Shown here: one piece after another, positions 1 through 9,802 of the stretch
Position numbering within the stretch: position 1 is the stretch's first letter
Layout of the letters: each line of letters begins with the position of its first letter
Assembly (NCBI GenBank): GCA_963422375.2
Contig: OY729428.2
Span: 128,001 to 192,000 of the forward strand
Direction of reading: 5' to 3'
Origin: Bryobacterales bacterium
Lineage (GTDB): Bacteria > Acidobacteriota > Terriglobia > Bryobacterales > UBA6623
DNA length: 64,000 bases
Program-made: the position numbers and the translations under genes
Notes under the pieces: generated by a model
Told to the model about the DNA's origin: nothing
Database searches by the model: none
Seen by the model: only the letters and a program-made list of their open reading frames with translations

Positions 1-1
1 C

Positions 2-118
2 CAGAGCAACCACAGCCACGCGGTGTGGCGGAACTTCGAAGGGGACTTCGGCTACGACGTGCTGGCGGCGCATTTCCGCGGCGACAGCCACGGCGACGGC
101 ACGGCCTTGGCCGACTGA
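2..118 (+). CDS. C-terminal end of a DUF3500-like protein (partial, runs in from window edge)
   Basis: Frame 2 reads QSNHSHAVWRNFEGDFGYDVLAAHF...*, resembling the NHxHxVWRdxxxDFG-D-LxxHY C-terminus of DUF3500 proteins; TGA at 116-118. Confidence 0.6.
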   Translation, partial: QSNHSHAVWRNFEGDFGYDVLAAHFRGDSHGDGTALAD

Positions 119-207
119 CCGATGCGGGCCGCCAGCAGAAACCGATTGGCGCCCTTGTGCGAAACTCGGGTTAACCGAGAGCTGCGCCGGCGGCTCCGGC
201 CGCCCCG

Positions 208-1416
208 ATGCAGCCGCTGCGATTCGAGCGAGCCCGCGCCGTCGTGTTCGAGCGCCTAGGGGAGCTGGGACGCAGCCCCGCGACCGAGTCGGTGCCTCTC
301 GACGAGGCACTGGGAAGGATCCTGGCGCGCGACGTGCTTGCGGACCGCGACTACCCGCCGTTCAACCGATCGGCTCGGGACGGCTTCGCCGTTATCGCGT
401 CCGACGTGGCCCAGGTACCGGCGACCTTGGACCTGATCGGCGAGACCCGCGCGGGCGAGCCGTCGCGCTTCTCGCTGCGGCCCGGCCAGACCGTGGAGAT
501 CATGACCGGAGCGCCCGGCCCGCGCAACGCGGACGCGGTGGTGATGGTCGAGCATTCGAGCCGCGCCGGCGAGAGAGTCACGCTGGGCAGGTCGGTCGCC
601 TCGGGGCGCAACCTGATCATGGCGGGCTCCGAGGCGCGGCGGGGGCAGGTCGTGCTGCCGAAGGGCCGGCGGATCGGATACCCGCAGATCGCGCTCCTCG
701 GTACCGTCGGCTGCGCCGAGGTGCCCGTCTGCAGGCGGCCGGAGGTCGCGATTCTCTCCACGGGGGACGAGGTCCTGCCCGTCGACGCCCGGCCCGAGCC
801 GTACCAGATCCGCAATTCCAACGCCCACTCCCTCGCCGCCCAAGTGCGCCGCCGCGGAGGGCGCCCGCGCATCCTGCCCGTTGCCAGAGACACGCTGGCC
901 GAGACGAGGAGGCTGGTCGAGGACGGGCTGCGCAGCGACGTGCTTCTGCTGTCCGGAGGCGTCTCGATGGGCAAGCACGACTTGGTGGAGGAAGTGCTGG
1001 CCTCCCTCGGCGCGGAGGTCTTCTTCTCCGCCGTCCGCATCCAGCCCGGCAAGCCGCTCGTGTTCGCGCGGGCAGGCGGCACGCCGGTGTTCGGACTGCC
1101 GGGCAACCCCCTGTCGACCATGGTCACGTTCGAGGTCTTCGCCTCGATCGCGGTCGACCTGCTGGGCGGGGCCGCAGCCTCCCCGCTGCGGTTCCGGCGC
1201 GCACGCCTGGGAATGCCGTTCCGGCACAAGCCGGTCCTGACCCGCTTTCTCGGGGCGAGACTGGAGGGGGACTACGCCGACACCGTCGTGCGCCCGGACC
1301 GGGGCCAGGGGTCGGGGGACGTGGCGGCCTTCGCCCGCGCCGAGTGCCTCATGGTCGCCTCGGACCGGCGCGCCTCGTGGGAGGCCGGGGACTGGATCGA
1401 GGTGATGCGGCTTTGA
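208..1416 (+). CDS. moeA: Molybdopterin molybdotransferase MoeA
   Basis: PPFNRSARDGFAV, IMTGAP, STGDE, SGGVSMG, QPGKP and GLPGNP motifs. Confidence 0.95.
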   Translation: MQPLRFERARAVVFERLGELGRSPATESVPLDEALGRILARDVLADRDYPPFNRSARDGFAVIASDVAQVPATLDLIGETRAGEPSRFSLRPGQTVEIMTGAPGPRNADAVVMVEHSSRAGERVTLGRSVASGRNLIMAGSEARRGQVVLPKGRRIGYPQIALLGTVGCAEVPVCRRPEVAILSTGDEVLPVDARPEPYQIRNSNAHSLAAQVRRRGGRPRILPVARDTLAETRRLVEDGLRSDVLLLSGGVSMGKHDLVEEVLASLGAEVFFSAVRIQPGKPLVFARAGGTPVFGLPGNPLSTMVTFEVFASIAVDLLGGAAASPLRFRRARLGMPFRHKPVLTRFLGARLEGDYADTVVRPDRGQGSGDVAAFARAECLMVASDRRASWEAGDWIEVMRL

Positions 1417-1916
1417 GCGTCCTGACCCATTTCGACGAGGCCGGGGCAGCGTCCATGGTCGACGTCGGATCGAAAGGGCACACGCGGCGCTCCGCGACGG
1501 CCCGCGCGTTCGTCCGGATGCGGGCGGACGTGATCGCGGCCCTGCCGGTCAATCCGAAGGGAAACCCGCTCGAGGTGGCGCGCATCGCCGGGATCCAGGC
1601 CGCCAAGAGGACTTCCGAACTGATCCCGCTGTGCCACCCGCTGGCGCTGACCCATGCCGACGTCTCGACGGAAACGCTCGCCGACGGCGTGGCGATTACC
1701 GCCACGGCCTCGACGCTCGGACCGACCGGGGTCGAGATGGAGGCCATGACGGCGGCCGCGGTGGCCGGCCTCACGGTCTACGACATGTGCAAGGCGCTCG
1801 ACAAGGGCATCGAGATTCGCGAGGTCATCCTGCTCGAGAAGACCGGCGGGAAGACCGGCCGCTACGTCCGCGGGGACGGCACCCGAGCCGCCCCTGCCGA
1901 CGGCGCCCGAGACTGA
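1413..1916 (+). CDS. moaC: Cyclic pyranopterin monophosphate synthase MoaC
   Basis: LTHFD..MVDV, LIPLCHP, TGVEMEAMT, YDMCKA, KTGGKTG; TTG start overlaps the moeA stop (TTGA). Confidence 0.93.
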   Translation: MSVLTHFDEAGAASMVDVGSKGHTRRSATARAFVRMRADVIAALPVNPKGNPLEVARIAGIQAAKRTSELIPLCHPLALTHADVSTETLADGVAITATASTLGPTGVEMEAMTAAAVAGLTVYDMCKALDKGIEIREVILLEKTGGKTGRYVRGDGTRAAPADGARD

Positions 1917-1930
1917 GGGTGGCACGACCG

Positions 1931-3127
1931 ATGCGGGGAAGCACCGCACCTGCGAAGCCCGCCGCGACCCGGCTGGCGGCGCTCGCGCTTGGCGCCGCGG
2001 CGGCACTGGCCGCCCAGGACGGCGGCGACCTCTTCGACCCCGAGACGCTGTTCGAGTCCGACCAGCCGGCCATCTTCCTCGAGGAGATCGAGGAGGTGAC
2101 GGTGCCGGTCACGGTCCGCAGCCGCAACGGCGACTACGTCCACGACATGATCGTGGAGGATTTCACGGTCTTCGACAACGACGCGGAGCAGGCGATCGTC
2201 GGCTTCGACGTCAGCTTCCTGCCGATCTCGATGGTCATTTGCGTGCAGACCAGCGACCGCGTGGAGGGCATCCTCGGCGAGGTCCGCAAGTCCGCCTACC
2301 TGTTCACCGAGCTGGTGCTCGGCCAGCACGGCGAGGCCGCCGTCATGACGTTCGACAGCCGCGTCAAGCTGCTCGAAGACTTCACTAGCGACACCAAGAA
2401 GATCGAGCAGGCCCTGCAGGGCATGCGCATCGGCACGTCCGCAGTGGCGCTGGCCGACGCGATGTACAGCGCGATCCGCATGCTGCTCAAGCGGCCGGAG
2501 AACCACCGCAAGATCATCGTGGCGATCTCGGAATCGCAGAACAACGGCAGCCGCATCGGTCTCGGCGAGAGCCTGCGAACGGCCCAGCTCTACAACATCG
2601 CGATCTATCCCGTGCGGCTGTCCACGCTGTCGGCGCGGCTGCGGCGGAAGGAGCAGGTCAAGCCGCCGAACATCCCGGCCGGAGTAGTCGTGCGCCCGAC
2701 GATGCCGGGCACGCCCGTCACGCCGACGGCCCAGCAGCAGAGCCGGTACAGCGTGACCCCGAACATGATCCCGATCGTCATCGACCTAGTGCGCGGGGTC
2801 AAGAACCTGATCTTCGACAACCCGCTGGAAGTGCTGGCCGACGGGACGGGCGGCCGCGACTTCAGCCCGCGGTCGGCTCAGGGCGTGCAGGAGGCCATCA
2901 TTCGCATCGGCGAGGACATCCGCAGCCAGTACAGGCTCAGCTACCGGCCGAACAACCTGAACGAGCGGGGCATCTTCCATCGCATTCGCGTCGATGTGCC
3001 CTACGAGAAGCTGCGACTCCGGCATCGCATGGGCTACTTCCACGGCCCCACGGCGGTGCCGGACGGAGAGCCCGTCGAGCCGACTTCAGATGCGTCCGCC
3101 CCGTCGCAGAATGCGCAGGAGCCCTAG
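1931..3127 (+). CDS. Secreted VWA-domain protein (acidobacterial VWFA-related type)
   Basis: Signal-like N-terminus, VPVTVR..G.YV.D...DF.VFDN, LADGTGGR, IGEDIRSQY.LSY.P; ATG at 1931 chosen within ORF 1631..3127. Confidence 0.85.
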   Translation: MRGSTAPAKPAATRLAALALGAAAALAAQDGGDLFDPETLFESDQPAIFLEEIEEVTVPVTVRSRNGDYVHDMIVEDFTVFDNDAEQAIVGFDVSFLPISMVICVQTSDRVEGILGEVRKSAYLFTELVLGQHGEAAVMTFDSRVKLLEDFTSDTKKIEQALQGMRIGTSAVALADAMYSAIRMLLKRPENHRKIIVAISESQNNGSRIGLGESLRTAQLYNIAIYPVRLSTLSARLRRKEQVKPPNIPAGVVVRPTMPGTPVTPTAQQQSRYSVTPNMIPIVIDLVRGVKNLIFDNPLEVLADGTGGRDFSPRSAQGVQEAIIRIGEDIRSQYRLSYRPNNLNERGIFHRIRVDVPYEKLRLRHRMGYFHGPTAVPDGEPVEPTSDASAPSQNAQEP

Positions 3128-4855
3128 GCCCGCGGCGACCGAGACCGACCCGCCCAGCGCGGCCCGGAGCGGCTGGCCGTACAGGGCGTAGCCGGTGCTG
3201 AACAGGCAGGCGTAGATCGCGACCGAGCCCAGAAACGAGGCGGCGAGCGGCGCGCCCAGGCCGGGGACGCCATCCGAATGCCCCACCGGCCCGGCGAGAC
3301 GGGCCACCGGGCCCCATCCCGGCCCGGGCGGGCGGATCTTGCGGTAGAACGCGACCAGGGTCTGCATATCGGCGGGCGGCGCCAAATACGCGCAGGGCAG
3401 CCAGCACACGGTTGTCAGGCCCACGCCCAGCAGCAGCTGCTGCCAGCTGTCGAGGGCGGATCCGAACAGCGGCAGTAGCAGCGCCACTGAGAACGACGCG
3501 ACCATCGCGACGATTTCCGTCGCGGCGTTCACGCGCCACCAGAACCACCGCAGCAGGTACAGCAGCCCGGTCCCCGCGCCGATCTGCAGCAGAATCTGGA
3601 ACATGCCCAAGGCGCTCTCGATCATCAGCGAGACCGCGCACGCCAGCACCATCAGAAGGACCGTGAAACCCCGTCCGGCCCATACCAGCTCGCGCTGGGT
3701 CGCGGCCGGGCGGAAGAAGCGGCGGAAGAAGTCGCTGACCAGGATGGACGAGCCCCAGTTGACGGAGGTGGACATCGTCGACATGTAGGCCGCCGCGAGC
3801 GACGTGACGACCAAGCCCAGCAAGCCGGCGGGCAGGAACGTCAGCATCGCCGGGTACGCCAAGTCGTTCTGCACGACGGTCTCGGGCACGTGGGGGAAGC
3901 GCTCCCGGAGGTCCTCGAGACCCGGGAACACGACCATCGAAGCGAGGGCCACCAAGATCCACGGCCACGGCCGGACCGCGTAGTGCAACAGATTGAAGAG
4001 GAGAGTCGCGCCCAGCGCGTGGCTCTCATCCTTCGCCGAGAGCATGCGCTGCACGAGGTGTCCTCCGCCGCCAGGTTCCGATCCGGGGTAGTACGCCGCC
4101 CACCACTGCACCAGGAGCGGGATCAAGAACACGGGCGCGAGGTCGGACCACTGCATGGTCTCCAGCGAGGGCCAGATGGCCAGCCGGGTCCGCACCTGGT
4201 CGTGGGCGATCAGTCCGGCCAACCCGCCAACCTCGGGCAGCCGCACGATATAGGCCGCCGCGGCCACCGAGCCGACCATCGCCATGCAGAACTGGACGAG
4301 GTCGGTCAGCAGCACGCCCTGCAGACCGCCTAGCGCGCTGTACAGCAGCGTGACGCTCGCGGCGACGACGACGGTCTGGGCCGGGGTCCACCCGAGCATG
4401 ACCGAGCCGATCTTGATCGCGGCGAGGGTCACGGCCGCCATGATCAGTACGTTGAACACAAGCCCAAGATAGAGTCCGCGGAACGCCCGCAGGAACGCGG
4501 CCGCCCTGCCCGCGTAGCGGATCTCGTAGAACTCGACGTCCGTAGAGACGCCGGAGCGCCGCCACAGCTTGGCGCACAGAAAGACCGTCAGCATGCCGGA
4601 CAGAAGGAAGGCCCACCAGGTCCAGTTCCCGAGCACGCCGTCGCGACGCACGATGTCGGCAACCAGGTTCGGCGTGTCCGTGGAAAACGTGGTCGCCACC
4701 ATCGACACCCCGAGCAGCCACCAAGGCTGCCTTCGACCGGCTAGGAAGAAGGAGGAGAAGTCGCTGCCGGCCGACCGCGACACGCGCAGCCCGACCGCCA
4801 GCGAGAACGCCAGGAAGCCGCCGAGGATCAGCCAGTCGGCCGCGGCCAATTGCAT
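3086..4855 (-). CDS. Sodium:solute symporter (SSS family)
   Basis: FFLAGR..PWWLLGVSMVATTFS, many TM helices, QRMLSAKDE, AAYMST. Confidence 0.9.
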   Translation of the reverse strand: MQLAAADWLILGGFLAFSLAVGLRVSRSAGSDFSSFFLAGRRQPWWLLGVSMVATTFSTDTPNLVADIVRRDGVLGNWTWWAFLLSGMLTVFLCAKLWRRSGVSTDVEFYEIRYAGRAAAFLRAFRGLYLGLVFNVLIMAAVTLAAIKIGSVMLGWTPAQTVVVAASVTLLYSALGGLQGVLLTDLVQFCMAMVGSVAAAAYIVRLPEVGGLAGLIAHDQVRTRLAIWPSLETMQWSDLAPVFLIPLLVQWWAAYYPGSEPGGGGHLVQRMLSAKDESHALGATLLFNLLHYAVRPWPWILVALASMVVFPGLEDLRERFPHVPETVVQNDLAYPAMLTFLPAGLLGLVVTSLAAAYMSTMSTSVNWGSSILVSDFFRRFFRPAATQRELVWAGRGFTVLLMVLACAVSLMIESALGMFQILLQIGAGTGLLYLLRWFWWRVNAATEIVAMVASFSVALLLPLFGSALDSWQQLLLGVGLTTVCWLPCAYLAPPADMQTLVAFYRKIRPPGPGWGPVARLAGPVGHSDGVPGLGAPLAASFLGSVAIYACLFSTGYALYGQPLRAALGGSVSVAAGLGLLRILRRGGRI

Positions 4856-4956
4856 CAGGGGCCCCCTCCGAGGGCGGGGCGCATGCCAGCTCGATCTCGC
4901 CGCACCCGGGCCGGGCGGCAGCGAGGCGGGTCGCCTAGGCGCCGCGGGGAATCCAT

Positions 4957-5874
4957 CTAGAGCTGGCGGACCGCTCGCAGGAGACCTAGGAGAGAGTGCT
5001 CGCTCGCCGCAGCCTTGCTGCCGTCAATCCTGTAGTGAGTCTCGAGAGAGAATACGCCCCGGTAGCCGTCCCGCAAGAGCGCCTTCATCTGGCCGGCATG
5101 GTCGAACTCGCCGTCGCCTACGCCGCACCATTCCACGGTGCCGTCCCTCAAGCGGCGGTAGTCGCGCAGATGCACATGCGCGATCCGGGCGGGATCGAGC
5201 GAGTCATATCCGGCAGGGAACGGCTCCGGATCGCCCGCCCGCGCGGAATTGTTCGGATCCCAAGTCAGGCCGAGCCCGGGGGACGCGACCTCGCGCAGGA
5301 GAGCTTCCGAATGCGCGGCGGTCGCGACGTAGCTTCCCGCCACGTTTTCCAGAGCGAGCCGGAAGCCCGCCCGGACGGCTCTCTCGGCAGACTCCTCCAC
5401 GAGGTCGTAAATCCGCGGGTACGCGCTCGAGTCGGGCGACTCGCCGCGCCTGTACGTGAACGCAAACGTCCGGATCAGCCGGGTGCCGAGGATGGCCGCC
5501 CGCTCAAAGGCCCGCTCGAGCAGCGCCCACTGGGAGTCGAGCGCCTCCGCTCCAGCGACCGTGCCCTCATCCGGCAGCGGAACCTTGAAGAAGGACGTGT
5601 CGAGAACCGCGAGCCGCACACCCGCCGCGTCCAGCATTCCCCGCGCCTCGCGGATGCGGTCGAGGGGGAGCGAGGTGTTGTACCGGTCCCAGAGCTGCCG
5701 AATCTCGCAGAACTCCAGCCCGTGGCGCACAAGGAATTTCAAGGCGACCGCCAAGTCGTCGTCGATCTCGTCGGTGGTCACCGCCAGCCGCGCCTCGGGC
5801 GAGCCGGCAAGCGCCAGACTCGCGGGAATGGTCGCGCCCGCCCGGAGGAAGGCTCTGCGGGTTGAACGTGCCAC
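4957..5874 (-). CDS. Tat-exported sugar phosphate isomerase/epimerase (xylose-isomerase-like TIM barrel)
   Basis: STRRAFL Tat motif; LALEN, WDPNN, HVHLRD, SLETH metal-ligand pattern. Confidence 0.85.
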   Translation of the reverse strand: MARSTRRAFLRAGATIPASLALAGSPEARLAVTTDEIDDDLAVALKFLVRHGLEFCEIRQLWDRYNTSLPLDRIREARGMLDAAGVRLAVLDTSFFKVPLPDEGTVAGAEALDSQWALLERAFERAAILGTRLIRTFAFTYRRGESPDSSAYPRIYDLVEESAERAVRAGFRLALENVAGSYVATAAHSEALLREVASPGLGLTWDPNNSARAGDPEPFPAGYDSLDPARIAHVHLRDYRRLRDGTVEWCGVGDGEFDHAGQMKALLRDGYRGVFSLETHYRIDGSKAAASEHSLLGLLRAVRQL

Positions 5875-5893
5875 GGCCTACGGATTATAACGG

Positions 5894-7547
5894 GTGCCTG
5901 GACTGCGCCGACTGCCGGAGGCCTCGACGCAAAGAGGTACCGCATGCGCCGTCGGTCTCGCGAGATGCCTGATCGGCACCTCGCTGGCATCCGCGCTGCC
6001 GGGCGCGGCGGCCCGGGCCGCGTTCCGCTTGCAACGCGCGGAGCTGGTCGCCCGTCGGTTCGGGCAATTCGTGGCTCCGCCGACCGATGCGTCGGGGCTG
6101 GCTCACGCCTTCAACGAGTTCGGCATCGTCTGGCTGTCCGGCACCGCCGCCCTCGCCTGCGCGGGCCTCTTGGCACTTGTCGCACCGGTGCCAGCCCCCG
6201 ACCCGGAGGTGGGTCTCTCCCCGCAGGAGCTGGCGGAGCAATCCACCGCCGCATCCCTGGCGGGCGCTCACCAGGCCGGCGCGGCGATACGGACCACAGC
6301 CGAGGGTCGGCGCCGGGCCGCTGCTGGCTATGCGGCTCGCGTGGGGAAAGCCCCGATCCCGCGCCATGGCCTGGCGCTGACTCGCTACGCCGTAGGCAAG
6401 TTCGCGCGATCCCCGCTGAGAGCCGCTGCGTCGAGGATCGCCTGCGAGCAGGTACGCTACGCGCTCTCAGGGGCGCTCGGCGACGAGGGGGCTTACCTGT
6501 CCCCTCTGGTTCGCGACGCCGAGGGCGGGAATTGGATCGAGGGCCTTGCGCCGGATTGCGAGGACCGCGTACCCGCCAGCGAGGGGCGATTCCTTCCATT
6601 TCCCCGCCGCCCGGCCCCGCCCTACCTCAAGGGAATCTCGTTCTCGCGCGAGGGCCGGGGCGACAGGGGATACGGCAGCGCGGTCGCCTGCCGGCGAGCC
6701 GCGGAGGATTCGTGGAATCGGGGCCACCGTCGTCGCCCTCGTGCCGTACGCCTTCACGCGGGCTCCGGACGAGACACACATTTGTATCCAGACGCTCGAG
6801 ACCGATGCGCGTCTCGCGCGGGCCGCCCGCCAAGCCCGGGACCTAGGCCTGCGCGTCATGCTCAAGCCGCACATCTGGGCGGGCCGCAGATTCCACGGCC
6901 CCGTTTCCCGCCACAGCGCGGCTCGCTTCGAGACCTGGCTCGACGACGACCGCCGCTGGATGCTGCATGATGCCCGCCTCTCCCAGACTGACGGCATCGA
7001 CGTGCTGGCCGTCGGCAGCGAACTGGCTGGCCTGACGCTCCGCGAGGACGCCGGGCGGCAGCGGATTCGGCGGGTGCGCGCCGTGTACCGCGGTCCGCTG
7101 GCCCACGCCGCCCACCGGGGAGAGGTACTCGAGCGGATCCGCTTCTGAGACGAGCTGGACTACATCGGCGTCAACTTCCGCTTCCCGATCGCCGCTCCCG
7201 GAGCCGAGCCTAGGCTGGACTCGCCGGAAGTCGCGGCGGCCTCCCGCGCCATCGAGGGAGTGCGGGAGCGCTTCCCCAGGCCTGTCCTGTTCACGGAGGT
7301 CGGATTCCCGGCTCCGGCGACCGCGGCCGCGCGTCCGTGGGAGAAGAGCGGCAGCGCGCTGGACGCGGGCCTCCAAGCGCGCTGCTTCGACGAATGGCTG
7401 GAGCGATTCGCCCGCGTGCTCGACGTGCGCGGAATGTTCTGGTGGAAGTTTCCCAGCCACGGGCGGGGCGGCCCATTCGACCCGTCGCACCGCCCTCTCG
7501 CCAAGCCGGCGATGGCAGAGCCGCGGGACTGGTTCGCAACGCCGTGA
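5894..7547 (+). pseudogene. Disrupted glycoside hydrolase family 113-like gene
   Basis: Pieces YLKGISFSREG / VALVPYAF..GLRVMLKPHIW..AVGSEL / FTEVGF..RPWE..GMFWWK; frameshift near 6690-6720 and in-frame TGA at 7146-7148 (RIRF*DELDYIGV, a Trp position). Confidence 0.7.
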
Positions 7548-7575
7548 GGCCTTCCGCCGGTGCGCGCAGCCCGGC

Positions 7576-9171
7576 TCAGTCGTAGTACTCCAGACCTAGG
7601 TGCGTGATCATCTGCTCGCCCGCCATCCACCGGAGCGTGTTCTTCAGCTTCGTCAGCTGGATGAAGATATCGTGCTCGGGATACAGCTGCGGAGGAACCA
7701 TGGGCGACTTGAAGTAGAACGAGAGCCACTCCTGGATGCCGGCCATGCCTGCGCGCTGGGCCAGGTCGAGGAAGAGGGCGAGGTCCAGCGCCAGGGGCGC
7801 CGCGAGGATCGAGTCGCGGCAGAGGAAATTGACCTTCAGCTGCATCGGGTAGCCCAGCCAGCCCGTGATGTCGATGTTGTCCCAGCCCTCCTTGTTGTCG
7901 CCCCGCGGCGGGTAGTAGTTGATGCGCACCATGTGGGCGAGATCCCGGTAGAGCTCAGGGTACTGGTCCGGCTGCAGGATCACCTCGAGGGCGCCAAGCT
8001 TGCTCTCTTCCTTGGTCTTGAACGATTCCGGCTCGTCCAGCACCACGCCGTCGCGGTTACCCAGGATATTGGTCGAGAACCATCCCTCGACCCCGAGCAG
8101 GCGGGCCTTCAGCCCCGGGGCGATCAGGGTCTTGATGTAGGTCTGGCCTGTCTTGAAGTCCTTGCCGCAGACGGGCACCCCACGGTCCTTGGCGAGCTGC
8201 TGCATCGCGGGCACGTCGACGGTCAGGTTGGGAGCGCCGTTGGCGAACGGCACGCCGCACTGCAGCGCCGCCCATGCGTAGATCTGCGACGGCGCGATGG
8301 CCGGGTCGTCGGCGAGCAGACCGGTCTCGAAGGCTTCCGTTGACGCATGCACCTCGGTCGCCCGCTGGTGGATCTCGGTGGACCCGCACCAGACCATGAC
8401 GGCCCTGTCGAGCCCGTTGGCGCTCTTGAAGTCCTCGATGTCGCGGACCAGCGCCTCGGCCAGCGCCATCTTGCTGGTGCCCCGCTTGACGTGCGCGCCG
8501 TCGAGGCGCGGCACGTAGCGTCTCTCGAAGACGCCCGGCATCGCGCGCACGGCGCGCAGCTCCCGCTCCGCCTCCGCCAGCATCGCGGGCTCGATGACAC
8601 CGGCAGCCAGAGCGCTCTCGTAGCAGTCCTGGTCCAGGATGTCCCAGCCGCCGAAGACCAGGCCGGCCGGATCCTGCAGCGGAACGAGCTCGCGGATCAG
8701 GGGGTTGCGCCGGTCCGTGCGCTTGCTGAGGCGGATCCGCCCCATCTGCGTCAGGGAGCCGACCGGCCGTCCACGGCACTTCGCGACCAGCGCCACGCCG
8801 CCGATCAGGGTCGTGGCCACGGACCCGAGGCCCGGCAGCAGCACCCCCAGGCGGCCGTCGGGGGGTGCGATCGCCGGCGCCGCCTTGCGCGAGAGAAAGT
8901 GCTCGGCGAAGCGGGCAGGGTCGCGTTCGACCGTCCGGCCGTTTCCGGCCAGCAGGCGCTCCTGGCGGCTGTCGGCGACGAACAGGCCCCGCTCGATGCA
9001 GTCCCGCAGCTCCCACAAGGGGATTCCGAGCACATCCGAGATCTGCGCGGCGTCGCTGAATTTCAGGTCGCGCTTGCGCTGCACGAGGGCGAGGTAGAGA
9101 TGCTGGTAGCCGATCCGGGTGCTCTCGGCGAGCAGCTTGAGGTTGACGGAGTACGCCGCGTGGTTATCCAT
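7576..9171 (-). CDS. ino1: Myo-inositol-1-phosphate synthase with an N-terminal XRE-like HTH extension of about 100 aa
   Basis: GSLTQMG, FGGWDI, GKDFKTGQT, NILGNRDG, GDNKEGWDNIDI, RDSILAAPL, SFYFKSP; continuous ORF upstream LKLLAESTRIGYQHLY...AAQISDVLGIPLWEL. Confidence 0.9.
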   Translation of the reverse strand: MDNHAAYSVNLKLLAESTRIGYQHLYLALVQRKRDLKFSDAAQISDVLGIPLWELRDCIERGLFVADSRQERLLAGNGRTVERDPARFAEHFLSRKAAPAIAPPDGRLGVLLPGLGSVATTLIGGVALVAKCRGRPVGSLTQMGRIRLSKRTDRRNPLIRELVPLQDPAGLVFGGWDILDQDCYESALAAGVIEPAMLAEAERELRAVRAMPGVFERRYVPRLDGAHVKRGTSKMALAEALVRDIEDFKSANGLDRAVMVWCGSTEIHQRATEVHASTEAFETGLLADDPAIAPSQIYAWAALQCGVPFANGAPNLTVDVPAMQQLAKDRGVPVCGKDFKTGQTYIKTLIAPGLKARLLGVEGWFSTNILGNRDGVVLDEPESFKTKEESKLGALEVILQPDQYPELYRDLAHMVRINYYPPRGDNKEGWDNIDITGWLGYPMQLKVNFLCRDSILAAPLALDLALFLDLAQRAGMAGIQEWLSFYFKSPMVPPQLYPEHDIFIQLTKLKNTLRWMAGEQMITHLGLEYYD

Positions 9172-9177
9172 AGGATA

Positions 9178-9210
9178 ATTATAAGTCATCTTGATTTTCT
9201 GACAGAAAAT
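9178..9210 (-). promoter_or_regulatory. ino1 promoter: perfect -10 TATAAT 6 nt before ATG and palindrome ATTTTCTG-A-CAGAAAAT over the -35 region
   Basis: Minus strand reads ATTTTCTGTCAGAAAATCAAGATGACTTATAATTATCCT-ATG; AT-rich patch in GC-rich DNA; palindrome at 9194-9210. Confidence 0.65.
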
Positions 9211-9400
9211 TTCGGATCCCGTTGGGACGCCGGCAGGCAGCGACCGGACCGGGTCCGCAGGATCTCCCGCAGGCCGGGCGGCCCCCTTGAGGCGCTGTGG
9301 TATCCTTGGGGTGCGGGGCGATTGGGTGCTCCGTGTCCCGCCCCCGGGGACCGGTTCAGGGGGCAATCACCAGAAACGAACAGGAAGAGTCTCGCCCGCT

Positions 9401-9778
9401 ATGGGACACAACATCTTTTTCGGCAATCTGCCGACCTGGGTCACGGCGGACGACATCAAGTCGTGGCTCGAAAGCAGCGATCTCGTCTGCGACGCCGTAC
9501 GCGTCATCCGGGACTTCGAAACTCAGGAATCGAAGGGCTACGCCTTCGTCGAAGCGCCGAACGAAGAGGAGATGCAGGCCATCATCCGTCGCTTCAACCG
9601 CGCGCCGATCGACGACAAGCTCCTCCGGGCCAAGGCGGCCCATCCGAAGGGCGACAAGTCCCAAGCCCAGCGCAGGCCTAGCCGCAGGCGCGGAACCGGG
9701 GGCCCCAGCAAGCCACGCAAGGATGCTCCGGAGAAGCAGGTCGGCGCCTTCGGCGAAGCCCTGCAGAAAGCCCTCTAG
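9401..9778 (+). CDS. RRM (RNP) RNA-binding protein
   Basis: RNP2 IFFGNL and RNP1 KGYAFVE, followed by a basic tail. Confidence 0.85.
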   Translation: MGHNIFFGNLPTWVTADDIKSWLESSDLVCDAVRVIRDFETQESKGYAFVEAPNEEEMQAIIRRFNRAPIDDKLLRAKAAHPKGDKSQAQRRPSRRRGTGGPSKPRKDAPEKQVGAFGEALQKAL

Positions 9779-9802
9779 GCCCGTCGCGACCCGGCCGCCC
9801 GG

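Noticed and set aside
256..1229. Long antisense and alternate-frame ORFs here and throughout (e.g. 7600..8343, 8347..9681, 41450..42715)
   Set aside because: Shadow ORFs expected in high-GC DNA; Arg/Pro/Ala-rich, no motifs, overlapping well-supported genes
7146..7148. In-frame TGA in the GH113-like gene as selenocysteine or recoding
   Set aside because: Occupies a Trp position, the gene also has a frameshift, and TGA is a normal stop elsewhere in the window
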